A DNA stretch of 64,000 bases from Candidatus Omnitrophota bacterium (GCA_029261055.1 JAJDCA010000053.1:24177-88176); one strand, 5' to 3'. Shown: positions 1 to 9,089, numbered from the stretch's first letter. Made by a program: numbers and translations. The notes: a model not told the origin generated them from the letters alone.

Positions 1-1028
1 TTAACAAAATCTCTACCGGCTAACCCGATTTTCTCTGCGTGTTCTTTATTTGCAAGAAGTTCAATCATACCTTTGGCTAAAGCCTTCGAATTTTCTGGTT
101 CAACTAACACCCCGGTTTTTCCATCCTCAATCAAACTCGGAATACCGCCAACTCTAGACGCCACAACCGGCAATCCGGCTGCCTGCGCCTCTATGACTGA
201 AAGCCCCAATCCTTCTTGACGAGAAGGCATTACAAAAACATCCAACAAAGATAAAACTTCTGCCGCCTTATTCACCACCGGCAAAAAAATAACATGCGTC
301 TGTAAATTTAATTGCGCAACCATATCTTTCAATAGGGATTCCATCTTACCCTCACCGACGATGAGCAGCTTAATATTGGGCACTGCGGCGACTACGTGGG
401 GCATAGCCTGAATCAAAACATCCTGTCCTTTGACATCCGACAAACGTGCTACGATCCCAACGAGTGGTTCGCACCCTAATCCGTAAACCTTGCGTCTTTC
501 CATTTTCGCCTCTTCATCGACAGGATTAAAGGCTTCTACATCAATACCGCTTTCCACCAAAATAATTTTCTGCAACGGCACAGCAAAATCATCTTTAAGA
601 TGATCCACCACCGCCTGACTAATCGCAATCGTTTTATCTCCCCAACACGGAAATAGGCGTCGGGACAAACGCGTCTTAAAGAACCCATGACACGTCGCCA
701 CGTAAGGCTTACGGCATATTTTTTGCAACAGCCGCCCCATCACTTGCGTAATCCGCGTTTGCGCATGGATGACATCAATATTATTCTGTTCCACGTATTG
801 TTTTAATGGTTTTAAAGCCGCATAAATACGTCCGTCTAATTCTGATTTCGTACGCATATTCAAATTCACCACTTTAGCCCCCAGCGCTAAAAAGTCTTTT
901 TCCATATTGCCACCACTGGAGACGACATGGACATTAACACCTCGACGGATCAAGCCGTTTGTTAAATTAAACAAATAACTCGTAATACCACCGGTGTTGA
1001 GATGCGTTGTTAGAAATAAAATATTCAT
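1..1028 (-). CDS. Family 4 (GT1-fold) glycosyltransferase. ATG at about 1028; the 3' end runs off the window edge.
   Basis: Minus-strand translation from the ATG at about 1026-1028 gives MNILFLTTHLNTGGITSYLFNLTNGLIRRGVNVHVVSSGG...EGLGLSVIEAQAAGLPVVASRVGGIP. This is the typical GT4 E-x7-E region. The frame stays open to position 1. Confidence 0.8.
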   Translation of the reverse strand, partial: MNILFLTTHLNTGGITSYLFNLTNGLIRRGVNVHVVSSGGNMEKDFLALGAKVVNLNMRTKSELDGRIYAALKPLKQYVEQNNIDVIHAQTRITQVMGRLLQKICRKPYVATCHGFFKTRLSRRLFPCWGDKTIAISQAVVDHLKDDFAVPLQKIILVESGIDVEAFNPVDEEAKMERRKVYGLGCEPLVGIVARLSDVKGQDVLIQAMPHVVAAVPNIKLLIVGEGKMESLLKDMVAQLNLQTHVIFLPVVNKAAEVLSLLDVFVMPSRQEGLGLSVIEAQAAGLPVVASRVGGIPSLIEDGKTGVLVEPENSKALAKGMIELLANKEHAEKIGLAGRDFV

Positions 1029-1057
1029 ATTTGTAAATTTGACGAGCAAACACTCGA

Positions 1058-1188
1058 CAATCCTCGGGGGTTTGCTCTCTAAAATCTCAGGCAATCCCCC
1101 GAGGTTTGTTGCGGTTACATCGTCTTAACCATTCACAAACCTCGGGGGATGGCGCAGTTTTACGAAAGCCAACCCCCGAGGATTGTTT
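1058..1188. repeat. Nested inverted repeats built on a CCTCGGGGG/CCCCCGAGG core, between the two GT genes.
   Basis: The four arms are caatcctcgggggtttgc (about 1058), gcaatcccccgaggtttgttg (about 1091), cacaaacctcgggggatggc (about 1133) and gccaacccccgaggattg (about 1167). Outer and inner pairs are reverse complements with 1-2 mismatches. The core is itself palindromic, so alternative pairings are possible. Confidence 0.55.
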
Positions 1189-3347
1189 CAATAATTCTTC
1201 TTCTCACTCTCCATTATTTCCTCCACAGCCCCCAAAACTTCCTCTGGCTTAATATCCTGCATGCAGGCATGTGTTAGAATTTTACATCGCTGTTTGTAAC
1301 ACGGTGTGCAGGTTAACTGCCGTTCTAACACAATAAGATTCTTAGCCGGCGGAATATGTCGTCGAGAATCGGTCGGACCAAAAAAAGTAATACACGGCGT
1401 CCCGACGGCTGCCGCCACATGCATCGGCGCCGAATCCGGCGTAATAAAAACACTACACTTTTTAATCAGTGCGGCTAATTGCAAAAGGTCTGTTTCACCA
1501 ACAAAAATAGCTGGCTTAGATTTAGTCCTCTGTACAAGATGCTGGGCCATGGGTTTATCTTTATCCATCCCGGTAATAATGACACGCATACCTTTACCAG
1601 CGAGGAGGTCACAAAGCTGCGCAATGTACTCAAGCGGCCAGTTTTTTGTTTTCCATTTTGGAGAAGCCGCCATATTAATCCCCACCATATTGTGATTGTC
1701 GCCCAACCATTCCGCATCTAACAATGCCTCAACATATTCTTCATCCTTAGCGGAAGGCCACAATTGAAGGTACGCATCCTTATTGTCGTAGGAAATTCCC
1801 AATAAATTTAAAACCTGAAATTGATGCTGCACCGGTGCAAGTTTCATCAATTCTTGTTTTGATTTTTTGACGGTGTGCGACAATAAAAAACCATCTTTCC
1901 CATTATTGTATCCGTAACTATCCTTGGGAAAACTTAAAAAAGACAACCAATGACTTTTCCGACTATTCTGGAAATCAATCACTTTGTCAAAACAATACCG
2001 CCGCAAGCGATGCGCAAACTGCCAGAACTTAAAAAAACCTTTATCTTTATGCTGCGGATCATACATAATTAACTCGTCGACATAAGGACATCCTTGAAGA
2101 ATCCTACGGACATTTTTCCCCACAAGACAACACATTTTTGCTTTCGGAAATTTCTTTCTTAAGGCACGTAAAGAGGGCGTCACTAAGATTACATCACCTA
2201 CCGAACTAATTTTAATCACAAGAATGTTCACGGATTTTAAAAGTTCTTCATAAACACTCATGACTTTCTCAGCCATATGCTCCAGAGTAAATTGTGCCTC
2301 TAATTTCTGACGTGCCGCCTTGGCCAAACGATCCGCTAATGCACGACCCTGCAAGAGCCGCACGACAGCCTTACCCATCGCTTCGGTATCTTTCGGCAAA
2401 ACAAGAAAACCTGTTTGCTCGTCGTCAATAATATCCACAACCCCACCGACTTTTGTCGCCACCACCGGCACATTGAGTACCTGTGCTTCAAGGATCACCC
2501 GCCCAAAAGACTCCGGTGTCACCGAAGAAAGAACCAAGACATCTATTTGTTTCAAAAGCTCAGGAATATCCTGACGACTACCTAAAAATTCAACATGATT
2601 TTGCAGACCACAACGTCGCACCAAGGATTCAAGCTCCTGTTTGTACGCTATTTTTTTAGGAGGCACATCGCCAATAATCCAAATCTTTGCCAAAGGCACA
2701 CTCTGTACTACCTTGGCCATGGCCCGAATAAAATACGTATGACCTTTTAAAGGCGTAATGCGTCCGATGATGGCAATAGTGCATTGCTTACGGGAATTAT
2801 CTAAAAGTCCCGACGCCGGGACTTTTGACACTTTTGCCTTACCCTCTAAATGTTTAAATTTAGCAAGATCTACCCCACGAGGAACGCAACGAATATTCTT
2901 AGCCGGAACCTTGTAGGTTTCTGTCATGTAGCGACCAATCATCGTACTGGGCACAATAACCAGCTTAGACCATCCCATCACCTGACTGTAAAAACGATTA
3001 TTGTAATGCCCATGACATGTCGTAATAAAGGCCGCATTTGTTTTTCGGCACGCGAAATAGGCTATCCAGGCTGGGACGCGTGAACGCGCATGAACAATAT
3101 TTACTCCTTCTTCCTGAATAATCTTACGTAAAGGCGCAACCATACGTATCATCGTCAACAAGGACTTCTTATGAACAGGCAAGGTGTAATGTTTTGTACC
3201 GGATTGCTCTAACTCCGCCACTAACTTACCCCCATTGGACACAACCAATGACTGATGCCCATGTTGAACGAGATATTTAGAAAAATCCACCGTTCCGGTT
3301 TCGACACCGCCAACATTGAGTTCCGGAAGAATCTGTAATATTTTCAA
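1188..3347 (-). CDS. Fusion glycosyltransferase: N-terminal GT4 domain plus C-terminal GT9 (ADP-heptose:LPS heptosyltransferase-like) domain.
   Basis: The 719-aa ORF has a GT4 N-terminal half (GRITPLKGH..., EAQVLNVPVVATKVGG). The C-terminal half is GT9-like (ILVIKISSVGDVILVTPSLRALRKKFP, ...VFITPDSAPMHVAAAVGTPCITFFGPTD). Confidence 0.8.
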   Translation of the reverse strand: MKILQILPELNVGGVETGTVDFSKYLVQHGHQSLVVSNGGKLVAELEQSGTKHYTLPVHKKSLLTMIRMVAPLRKIIQEEGVNIVHARSRVPAWIAYFACRKTNAAFITTCHGHYNNRFYSQVMGWSKLVIVPSTMIGRYMTETYKVPAKNIRCVPRGVDLAKFKHLEGKAKVSKVPASGLLDNSRKQCTIAIIGRITPLKGHTYFIRAMAKVVQSVPLAKIWIIGDVPPKKIAYKQELESLVRRCGLQNHVEFLGSRQDIPELLKQIDVLVLSSVTPESFGRVILEAQVLNVPVVATKVGGVVDIIDDEQTGFLVLPKDTEAMGKAVVRLLQGRALADRLAKAARQKLEAQFTLEHMAEKVMSVYEELLKSVNILVIKISSVGDVILVTPSLRALRKKFPKAKMCCLVGKNVRRILQGCPYVDELIMYDPQHKDKGFFKFWQFAHRLRRYCFDKVIDFQNSRKSHWLSFLSFPKDSYGYNNGKDGFLLSHTVKKSKQELMKLAPVQHQFQVLNLLGISYDNKDAYLQLWPSAKDEEYVEALLDAEWLGDNHNMVGINMAASPKWKTKNWPLEYIAQLCDLLAGKGMRVIITGMDKDKPMAQHLVQRTKSKPAIFVGETDLLQLAALIKKCSVFITPDSAPMHVAAAVGTPCITFFGPTDSRRHIPPAKNLIVLERQLTCTPCYKQRCKILTHACMQDIKPEEVLGAVEEIMESEKKNY

Positions 3348-5305
3348 ATAATTTTCCTCATGGCTTCAAAAATAATTTGATCATCATCCATCCGCCGCAT
3401 CTGAATTTTATTCTTCGCCACATCATAAATGGCTTGACCAATATGGGTTGCATCGGTGGATAAAATAAAACCTTTTTGATTAAGCTTTGCAATAAATGCC
3501 ATGTGCTTATTTTTCTTTACTGATTGTCCTTGCCGTATTTGCGGTGAAAATACGATTGTTTGATTACCGGAAGACGCCGTTTCTGAAATCATAGAAATAC
3601 TGTCTCCGGAGGTCACCACAAAATTTGAAAGACCTAAAATACCTCCTACAGCCTCGGGGACATCTTCTTTATTGGCAAGTATCAATAAAGGACACCGTGC
3701 ATCATTTTTAAACTCTTTTTGAAACAAACTTTCAATATGGGCCGGGGTTCGCCGAGATGTTGTAATTAAAATGTCGGCATTAATCGTTTTTGCAACTTCT
3801 TTAATCTGCTGAATCAAAACCTGCATTTGACGTTTACTAAGATAAACATCTTTAGCATCCCCGCCGATAAAAAGACCTATTTTGTCCCGAAAGTTATTTT
3901 TTAAATGCGAAAATCTATTCAATAACAATTCAGCCTGTTCTTTCAAATACGCATCATTAATAAGATTCGGCGCTCCATTGGTGACAGTCATCCCTGTTTT
4001 CTTAGGATGGCTCCTCAAATCATGCTCCGGCAAAATAACCAAATCAAATTGTGCAGAACTTAATAAACCCGGCTTTTGAATCGCAACACTTTTAGCCCCA
4101 TAATCTTTGGACAACACACGATTAATGCCCGCCACCGTTGAACCACAAGAAATAAAATAATCGGTTTTTATGGTTGTCAATGCACGGTATGATTCCGGTG
4201 TGAAAAACTTCTGAAGAAACTCTAAACGCCCTTGATAAAAAAATGGTTGTACTAAAGCACTCACAAGAGAAAAAAGACGCGCTGCATTCTTACTTTTAAA
4301 TACAACCTCAACGACTTGGACCTGCAATTTAATATTTCTTTCTGCCAGGGCTTTTTCCAGCATTCTTGCCGCTGCTTGCGATTGTCGTAGATGCCCTGTT
4401 CGGCCGTCATAAAGAATAGTGACGGCAGCCTCTTTAGAATATTTCCAAATTTTGTAAAACCACATGTACTCGTCGGGATACTGCCCAACAAACTGTTCCA
4501 TTAATTCCATAGCCTTGTTTAAATTACAAACAACATCTTGTTCCGCATTATCCGTTTTAACAAATTCTAACGGCTTAGAAATAATAATTCGATGCTGTGC
4601 TCCTTTCTCACGATGAATATTTGCAAAACAAACCGCCGCCCCAAGTCTCGTACCTAATCGTATGGCGCCCGTCGACATGGAAGCGCCTCGCCCAAAAAAA
4701 TCAACTACCGTACCGCGCTTCCCGCCCTGATCAACAACAAGGGAAACAATTTCATTAGAACGCAAACTTTTGATAATTTCTTTGGTTTGAGGACCGGCAA
4801 ATAAATAATGAATACCTTGCCCTTCCCGATAAGAATTTAAAAAATGATACAATTTAGAAAATCGCATTTGTGGATTGATGACAACTTTGTACGGAAAACC
4901 TAATTTAGCTCCTTGTAAGCTCGCCAACTCCCAGTTGCCGGAATGAATCGCCAGAAAAATAACACCTTTATGCTTCTGCATGGCCTCTTTAATAATCTCG
5001 CCCCCTTCAAGAGAAACAATTTTTGGTAAGAGATCCTCGCTCATCAAAGGCAAGCGTAAAAATTCAATAATATTCTGGCCGTAATTTTGGAAGACCCGCT
5101 TTAAAATGGCCAATATTTCTCTATTGGATTTTTTCCCGACAAATGCCATCCGTAAATTGGAATACGCCATTGTCCGACGCTTAAGATCAAACCAATACCA
5201 CAATACGCCCACACGGCGACCAATCCAAAGGGCGACACTGAGCGGAAGACAGCGCATAATTGTTCCAAAAATTTTAACGAGCCAGATGATGATGGATTCT
5301 TTCAA
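3344..5305 (-). CDS. LpxL/HtrB-like lipid A lauroyl/myristoyl acyltransferase fused to a C-terminal ELM1/DUF1022 domain.
   Basis: The N-terminal 290 aa resemble LpxL (hydrophobic N-terminus, ...AIHSGNWELASL... acyltransferase block). The C-terminal 350 aa resemble the ELM1 (PF06258) fold (ILYDGRTGHLRQSQAAARMLEK..., IGGDAKDVYLS..., TTSRRTP..., TSGDSISMISE). Confidence 0.7.
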   Translation of the reverse strand: MKESIIIWLVKIFGTIMRCLPLSVALWIGRRVGVLWYWFDLKRRTMAYSNLRMAFVGKKSNREILAILKRVFQNYGQNIIEFLRLPLMSEDLLPKIVSLEGGEIIKEAMQKHKGVIFLAIHSGNWELASLQGAKLGFPYKVVINPQMRFSKLYHFLNSYREGQGIHYLFAGPQTKEIIKSLRSNEIVSLVVDQGGKRGTVVDFFGRGASMSTGAIRLGTRLGAAVCFANIHREKGAQHRIIISKPLEFVKTDNAEQDVVCNLNKAMELMEQFVGQYPDEYMWFYKIWKYSKEAAVTILYDGRTGHLRQSQAAARMLEKALAERNIKLQVQVVEVVFKSKNAARLFSLVSALVQPFFYQGRLEFLQKFFTPESYRALTTIKTDYFISCGSTVAGINRVLSKDYGAKSVAIQKPGLLSSAQFDLVILPEHDLRSHPKKTGMTVTNGAPNLINDAYLKEQAELLLNRFSHLKNNFRDKIGLFIGGDAKDVYLSKRQMQVLIQQIKEVAKTINADILITTSRRTPAHIESLFQKEFKNDARCPLLILANKEDVPEAVGGILGLSNFVVTSGDSISMISETASSGNQTIVFSPQIRQGQSVKKNKHMAFIAKLNQKGFILSTDATHIGQAIYDVAKNKIQMRRMDDDQIIFEAMRKII

Positions 5306-6461
5306 AAAACTCTTCCTTTCCCTGTGTAATCGAAATTTTAATTCTAAGCGCCGCTATTAAAGTATCCTCCGTAAAATGCTTAATAAACTCTGTAAGTTTC
5401 ACCGCATCCTTTTGTGTCGTGACAATCGTCTGCAAATCATGTTTACGGCAATAGGCTGCCATGTCTTGGGCCTCTTGCGCCCCATACACATGATGATCCA
5501 TAAACACAAAATGCTTTTGAATAGCGGCCCCTAAATTTTGTACGGTTTGTCGAAATGATTTTGGATCGCCGATACTGCTCAATAAACACACTTTTTTTGC
5601 TCGAACACATGACAATTCAGAAATAGCATTAGACTTAATGTTAACAAAATGGGCCGGTTTATGTATCGTCTCTATGACGGGCGCATGCGGATTAATAGAC
5701 TTCAATTTTTCCTTTAATGCCTCTACATTGACGCATTCCATATCTGTCTTTGTCAGGACAAAGACATGCGCTCGCTTAAGGGCTGACAACGGTTCACGTA
5801 AAATTCCCCGCGGAATCAACGCGCCATTGCCAAAAGGATTAACACTGTCGATGGCCACAATATCCATATCTCTCGACAAGCGCCAATGCTGAAATCCATC
5901 ATCCAACAAAAAAACATCAGCCCGATTATTTTTTAGAAAGGCTCTGGCATTAGACACCCGGTCTTTGCCAACAAGAATCGGAACGCCCTCCAAAGAACCT
6001 TCCAACATCTTCGCCTCGTCACTTAAATGGGCATGATGAATCATGCCCCTACAGACTCCCCCCGTAAGGGCATGATTCATCATGCCCCAGACGCCCCTCG
6101 TACGGGCATGATTTATCATGCCCCAGACGCCCCTCGTACGGGCATGATTTATCATGCCCTTAATAGGCTTTGACATGTATCCTCGTATGAGAATAGCCGG
6201 CTTTATTTTTTTTTGCTGCAATACTTCCGCAACATATTCCACTAACGGTGTTTTTCCAACGCCACCCAAAGTAATGTTGCCTATGCTAATAACGCGCGCT
6301 CCAACCTGATGCTTACGTAAAATCCCCCTGGTGTAACAAAACGCCATACCTTTCACAATACCACTGTAAACCCAGGACAGGACCCGCAAGGCACCCTTTA
6401 AAATACACGATGGAAAACCTGCAATCTGATCCGTCGCCATGCGGAAAAAAAAATCTTTCAT
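5274..6461 (-). CDS. lpxK: Tetraacyldisaccharide 4'-kinase LpxK carrying an in-frame repeat insertion.
   Basis: SIGNITLGGVGKTP P-loop, ILIRGY, LLDDGFQHWRL and VLTKTD motifs are present. An extra block of about 48 aa (GMINHARTRGVWGMINHARTRGVWGMMNHALTGGV...) sits in the variable loop after RGY. Confidence 0.85.
   Translation of the reverse strand: MKDFFFRMATDQIAGFPSCILKGALRVLSWVYSGIVKGMAFCYTRGILRKHQVGARVISIGNITLGGVGKTPLVEYVAEVLQQKKIKPAILIRGYMSKPIKGMINHARTRGVWGMINHARTRGVWGMMNHALTGGVCRGMIHHAHLSDEAKMLEGSLEGVPILVGKDRVSNARAFLKNNRADVFLLDDGFQHWRLSRDMDIVAIDSVNPFGNGALIPRGILREPLSALKRAHVFVLTKTDMECVNVEALKEKLKSINPHAPVIETIHKPAHFVNIKSNAISELSCVRAKKVCLLSSIGDPKSFRQTVQNLGAAIQKHFVFMDHHVYGAQEAQDMAAYCRKHDLQTIVTTQKDAVKLTEFIKHFTEDTLIAALRIKISITQGKEEFFERIHHHLAR
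6021..6170. repeat. REP-like palindromic array (copy R1) inside the lpxK coding sequence.
   Basis: Four 20-21 bp palindromes (gggcatgatgaatcatgcccc, gggcatgattcatcatgcccc, gggcatgatttatcatgcccc x2) are separated by 15-19 bp linkers. The last two 36-bp units are identical (linker agacgcccctcgtac). The period is 36 bp, equal to 12 codons. Confidence 0.8.
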
Positions 6462-7681
6462 AAAAACTTTCCTATGATGTCCATACTCTTGTCGGTAGCC
6501 CCTTCATTTTGCTCAATCACCCTCATTCCTATTTGCCCCATGGCCGCCATCCGTTCTGAACTATTTAATAACTTCTTCATTTCCGTTAACAATTCCTCAG
6601 GGTCGTTAACTTGAATAAGGCATTTTGCTTTTAGGAAAATGCTCACCACATTTTTAAAATTTTGTGTATGTGGACCAACTAAGGTAGGCTTACCAAAGGC
6701 CACCGGTTCAATCATATTTTGCCCGCCGCCTGCATTAACGTTTAATGTTTTACCAATAAAGACAACCGTCGCAATTTTGTACAAATGCCGCAGATACCCG
6801 ATGGTATCGACAACTACGACGGTGTTTTCATTGATCGCCGTTACACGCACATCCGACAAACGTACGGGATGAAATCGTTTCCGTTTAATAATTTTCATAA
6901 CCTCATCGGTACGCTCAATATGTCGTGGAGCCATCACAAGGCGCAGGCCGGCAAATTCCGACTTCAATTTTGCATACGCATCACAAATGATCTCTTCTTC
7001 CCCCGGATGTGTACTTCCGGCAACAAAAAGACGACCAGGTATGTGCAACTTTAATTCGGATAAATCTAAACCAGGATCTTCTTTCAAATTGTCAAATTTA
7101 ATATTCCCCACACACTTGACTTTATCCGATGGCGCACCTAAATGCTTAATCCGTTCGACATCCTGCTCACTTTGCATACAAAAGAAGTCCACACAAGCCA
7201 AAACGCGACGCGTCAAAAATCGAAACTTTCTGTACCCTTCAAACGATTTATCCGAAATCCGCCCATTAACCAAAACAATAGGCACATTTGCCTTATGCAA
7301 CAAGGCGTACAAGTTCGGCCATATCTCCGTCTCTGCCGTGACATAAATTTTTGGTTGGATAACGCGAATAAACTTCCGCACAACCCAGCTAAAATCCAAA
7401 GGCGCATAGATCACAATATCTTCTTTGGACAGTTTCTCTTTCGCCAATTTCTGCCCCGTCTTGGTAACGGTTGAGCACACAATTTGATAATCAGGAAACC
7501 GCGCTTTAATTTTTTGAATCAAATCCAAAACCGCCAGCACTTCCCCCACACTCACCGCATGCACCCAAACATTCGGCCGACCTCCAATCTGCGCCGTCAA
7601 AGAACGCGAAATCCCCCCCAACCGCATCCCAAACCCCTTATGCCACTTACCCTTAAAACATAAATATGGAAAGTACAGCAA
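6458..7681 (-). CDS. waaA: 3-deoxy-D-manno-octulosonic acid (Kdo) transferase WaaA/KdtA.
   Basis: VWVHAVSVGE..., ...VTAETEIWPNL..., LVMAPRHIER and GGQNMIEPVAFGKP are characteristic of GT30 Kdo transferases. Confidence 0.85.
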   Translation of the reverse strand: MLYFPYLCFKGKWHKGFGMRLGGISRSLTAQIGGRPNVWVHAVSVGEVLAVLDLIQKIKARFPDYQIVCSTVTKTGQKLAKEKLSKEDIVIYAPLDFSWVVRKFIRVIQPKIYVTAETEIWPNLYALLHKANVPIVLVNGRISDKSFEGYRKFRFLTRRVLACVDFFCMQSEQDVERIKHLGAPSDKVKCVGNIKFDNLKEDPGLDLSELKLHIPGRLFVAGSTHPGEEEIICDAYAKLKSEFAGLRLVMAPRHIERTDEVMKIIKRKRFHPVRLSDVRVTAINENTVVVVDTIGYLRHLYKIATVVFIGKTLNVNAGGGQNMIEPVAFGKPTLVGPHTQNFKNVVSIFLKAKCLIQVNDPEELLTEMKKLLNSSERMAAMGQIGMRVIEQNEGATDKSMDIIGKFL

Positions 7682-7812
7682 AGCGAATCCAACAAATAAA
7701 ATATTGTAAATAATAAAAATAGTATTTTCTCCAAAAATAAAGATAATAAGTTTTAATATTATACTTAAAAGAAAGTATTAATCTAGGATATTGTCTGAGA
7801 ATAACCTTATTT

Positions 7813-8051
7813 GCCGAAATTGCAGTAAATGTTTAGCGTTCTGAGCTGCCTACGAGCTAAAGCACGGAATTATTTCACGCATGAACGCTTGTTCGCCCCT
7901 GCGGGCTCACATTGCTCGACGAAAGCCCTGCGCATTCCATGCTGAACGCATGGAAACCGGCTGCTTGGGCTTTCAACGTCCTGCTTAGAAATAATCCCAT
8001 GCTTTTAACGCTCTTCGACAACTCAGAACACTAAACATTTACAAATTGCAG
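7813..8051. repeat. Intergenic segment of about 240 bp flanked by a 20-25 bp inverted repeat.
   Basis: tgcagtaaatgtttagcgttctgag (about 7813-7836) is the reverse complement of ctcagaacactaaacatttacaaattgcag (about 8022-8051), with one or two mismatches. The interior is GC-richer than the surroundings and has local hairpins such as ttccatgc-tgaac-gcatggaa. Confidence 0.4.
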
Positions 8052-8060
8052 GACAATCTC

Positions 8061-8741
8061 CTAGCCAATTCCGTACTGTGCGTTCATATCGGCTATTTCT
8101 TGTGTAGAGTAATTTGCGGCATCTACCAACGTAGCCTCCAGCACATTTTCATGTGCGAAAAATTGTTGTAGATGGTAACGTTTGGCTTTTGGAATGAGTT
8201 GCGCAATTTTGGGAAGATCTTCTTGGGGGGAGATATGCGGTTTGACAACTGTCGTGCGGAATTCATGGTCCAGGCCGGAGCCCGTAATAAGGTTAATGCT
8301 TTCTTGAATCTGTGACGTGTAGTCTTTACCATCTGTCACCCAATAATACTTTTCTAAAGGCACTTTGATATCCATGGCAATGTAATCGACTAATTTTAAA
8401 CGGATAATTTCTTTAAGAACATCCGGACGACTCCCATTGCTATCCAATTTCAACAAGTATCCCATGGACTTAACTTTCTGTAAAAAATTAATAAGATCTT
8501 TTTGAATGGTCGGTTCACCGCCGGTCACAACAACACCTTCAAGCTGCTGCCGTCGTTTTTCCAAGAATGCTAAGACCTCCCCCTCGGGAATACCTATTCT
8601 AAAATATTTGGGGAGGACTAATTCCGGATTATGACAATACGGACATCGAAAATTACACCCCTGCGTAAAAACCACTGCGGATAATTTTTCAGGATAATTA
8701 ATAAAAGAAAATTTTAACAATCCACCAATTTTCATTTTCAC
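8061..8741 (-). CDS. nrdG: Anaerobic ribonucleoside-triphosphate reductase activating protein (radical SAM). The track start is GTG; an in-frame ATG two codons downstream (about 8735) is likelier.
   Basis: It has the CNFRCPYCHNPELV radical-SAM cysteine motif and a GGEPT glycine-rich SAM motif. It lies downstream of nrdD. Confidence 0.85.
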   Translation of the reverse strand: MKMKIGGLLKFSFINYPEKLSAVVFTQGCNFRCPYCHNPELVLPKYFRIGIPEGEVLAFLEKRRQQLEGVVVTGGEPTIQKDLINFLQKVKSMGYLLKLDSNGSRPDVLKEIIRLKLVDYIAMDIKVPLEKYYWVTDGKDYTSQIQESINLITGSGLDHEFRTTVVKPHISPQEDLPKIAQLIPKAKRYHLQQFFAHENVLEATLVDAANYSTQEIADMNAQYGIG

Positions 8742-8747
8742 ACCCTG

Positions 8748-9080
8748 CTAGAGACACGAAATCGCTTTTGAGCAAAGATTGATACGTTCGGCTCAGAGGA
8801 GACCTCCTTCTGGTCGGCCTCCAATGGTTCGACAAGCTCACCACTATTTAAAGCTTGTTGAATGGTTCGCCTCACGAATCAATCTTTACTTTGCGCAATT
8901 ACGAATTATACCAATCTATTAACCCCTACGACTCTTGATTTATAAACTTTCGACCCGTCTTAACAAAATTTTATGTTAAGGCCTGTAGGCGAATTGGACG
9001 CGACAAAAATACTACGTCCTCTGAGCCGAAAGGCCTTAACATAAAATTCAATAGACGGGTTGCTCGAAAATTCGCATTTA
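8748..9080. repeat. Structured dispersed repeat of about 330 bp, copy M1, between nrdD and nrdG.
   Basis: It is 85-90% identical to the reverse complement of 20031-20363. It contains a stem of about 28 bp (cccgtcttaacaaaattttatgttaaggcc ... ggccttaacataaaattcaatagacggg) and a nested ggacgcg...cgtcc hairpin. It also has the long-range inverted repeat ttcggctcagagga ... cctctgagccgaa. Confidence 0.75.
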
Positions 9081-9089
9081 TTTAGACAA

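Noticed and set aside
6021-6170. Possible CRISPR array suggested by the regularly spaced GGGCATGAT...ATCATGCCC repeats, here and at 13781, 21599 and 30095.
   Set aside because: The repeats are 20-bp perfect palindromes, whereas CRISPR repeats are longer and usually only weakly palindromic. Spacers are only 15-25 bp, and two are identical. The units occur in both orientations. One array lies inside an intact ORF. No cas genes are in the window. This fits REP/BIME-type elements.
5274-6461. lpxK as a pseudogene disrupted by an insertion.
   Set aside because: The insertion is a multiple of three (36-bp units). The frame and all catalytic motifs on both sides are intact, and it sits in a known variable loop.
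8748-9080. tRNA-like GGTTCGA stretches (ccaatggttcgacaagc) inside the 330-bp repeat.
   Set aside because: There is no acceptor stem or D and anticodon arm arrangement. The sequence is part of a hairpin (ttcgacaagct / agcttgtcgaa). I found no tRNA, rRNA, tmRNA, RNase P or SRP RNA signature anywhere in the window.
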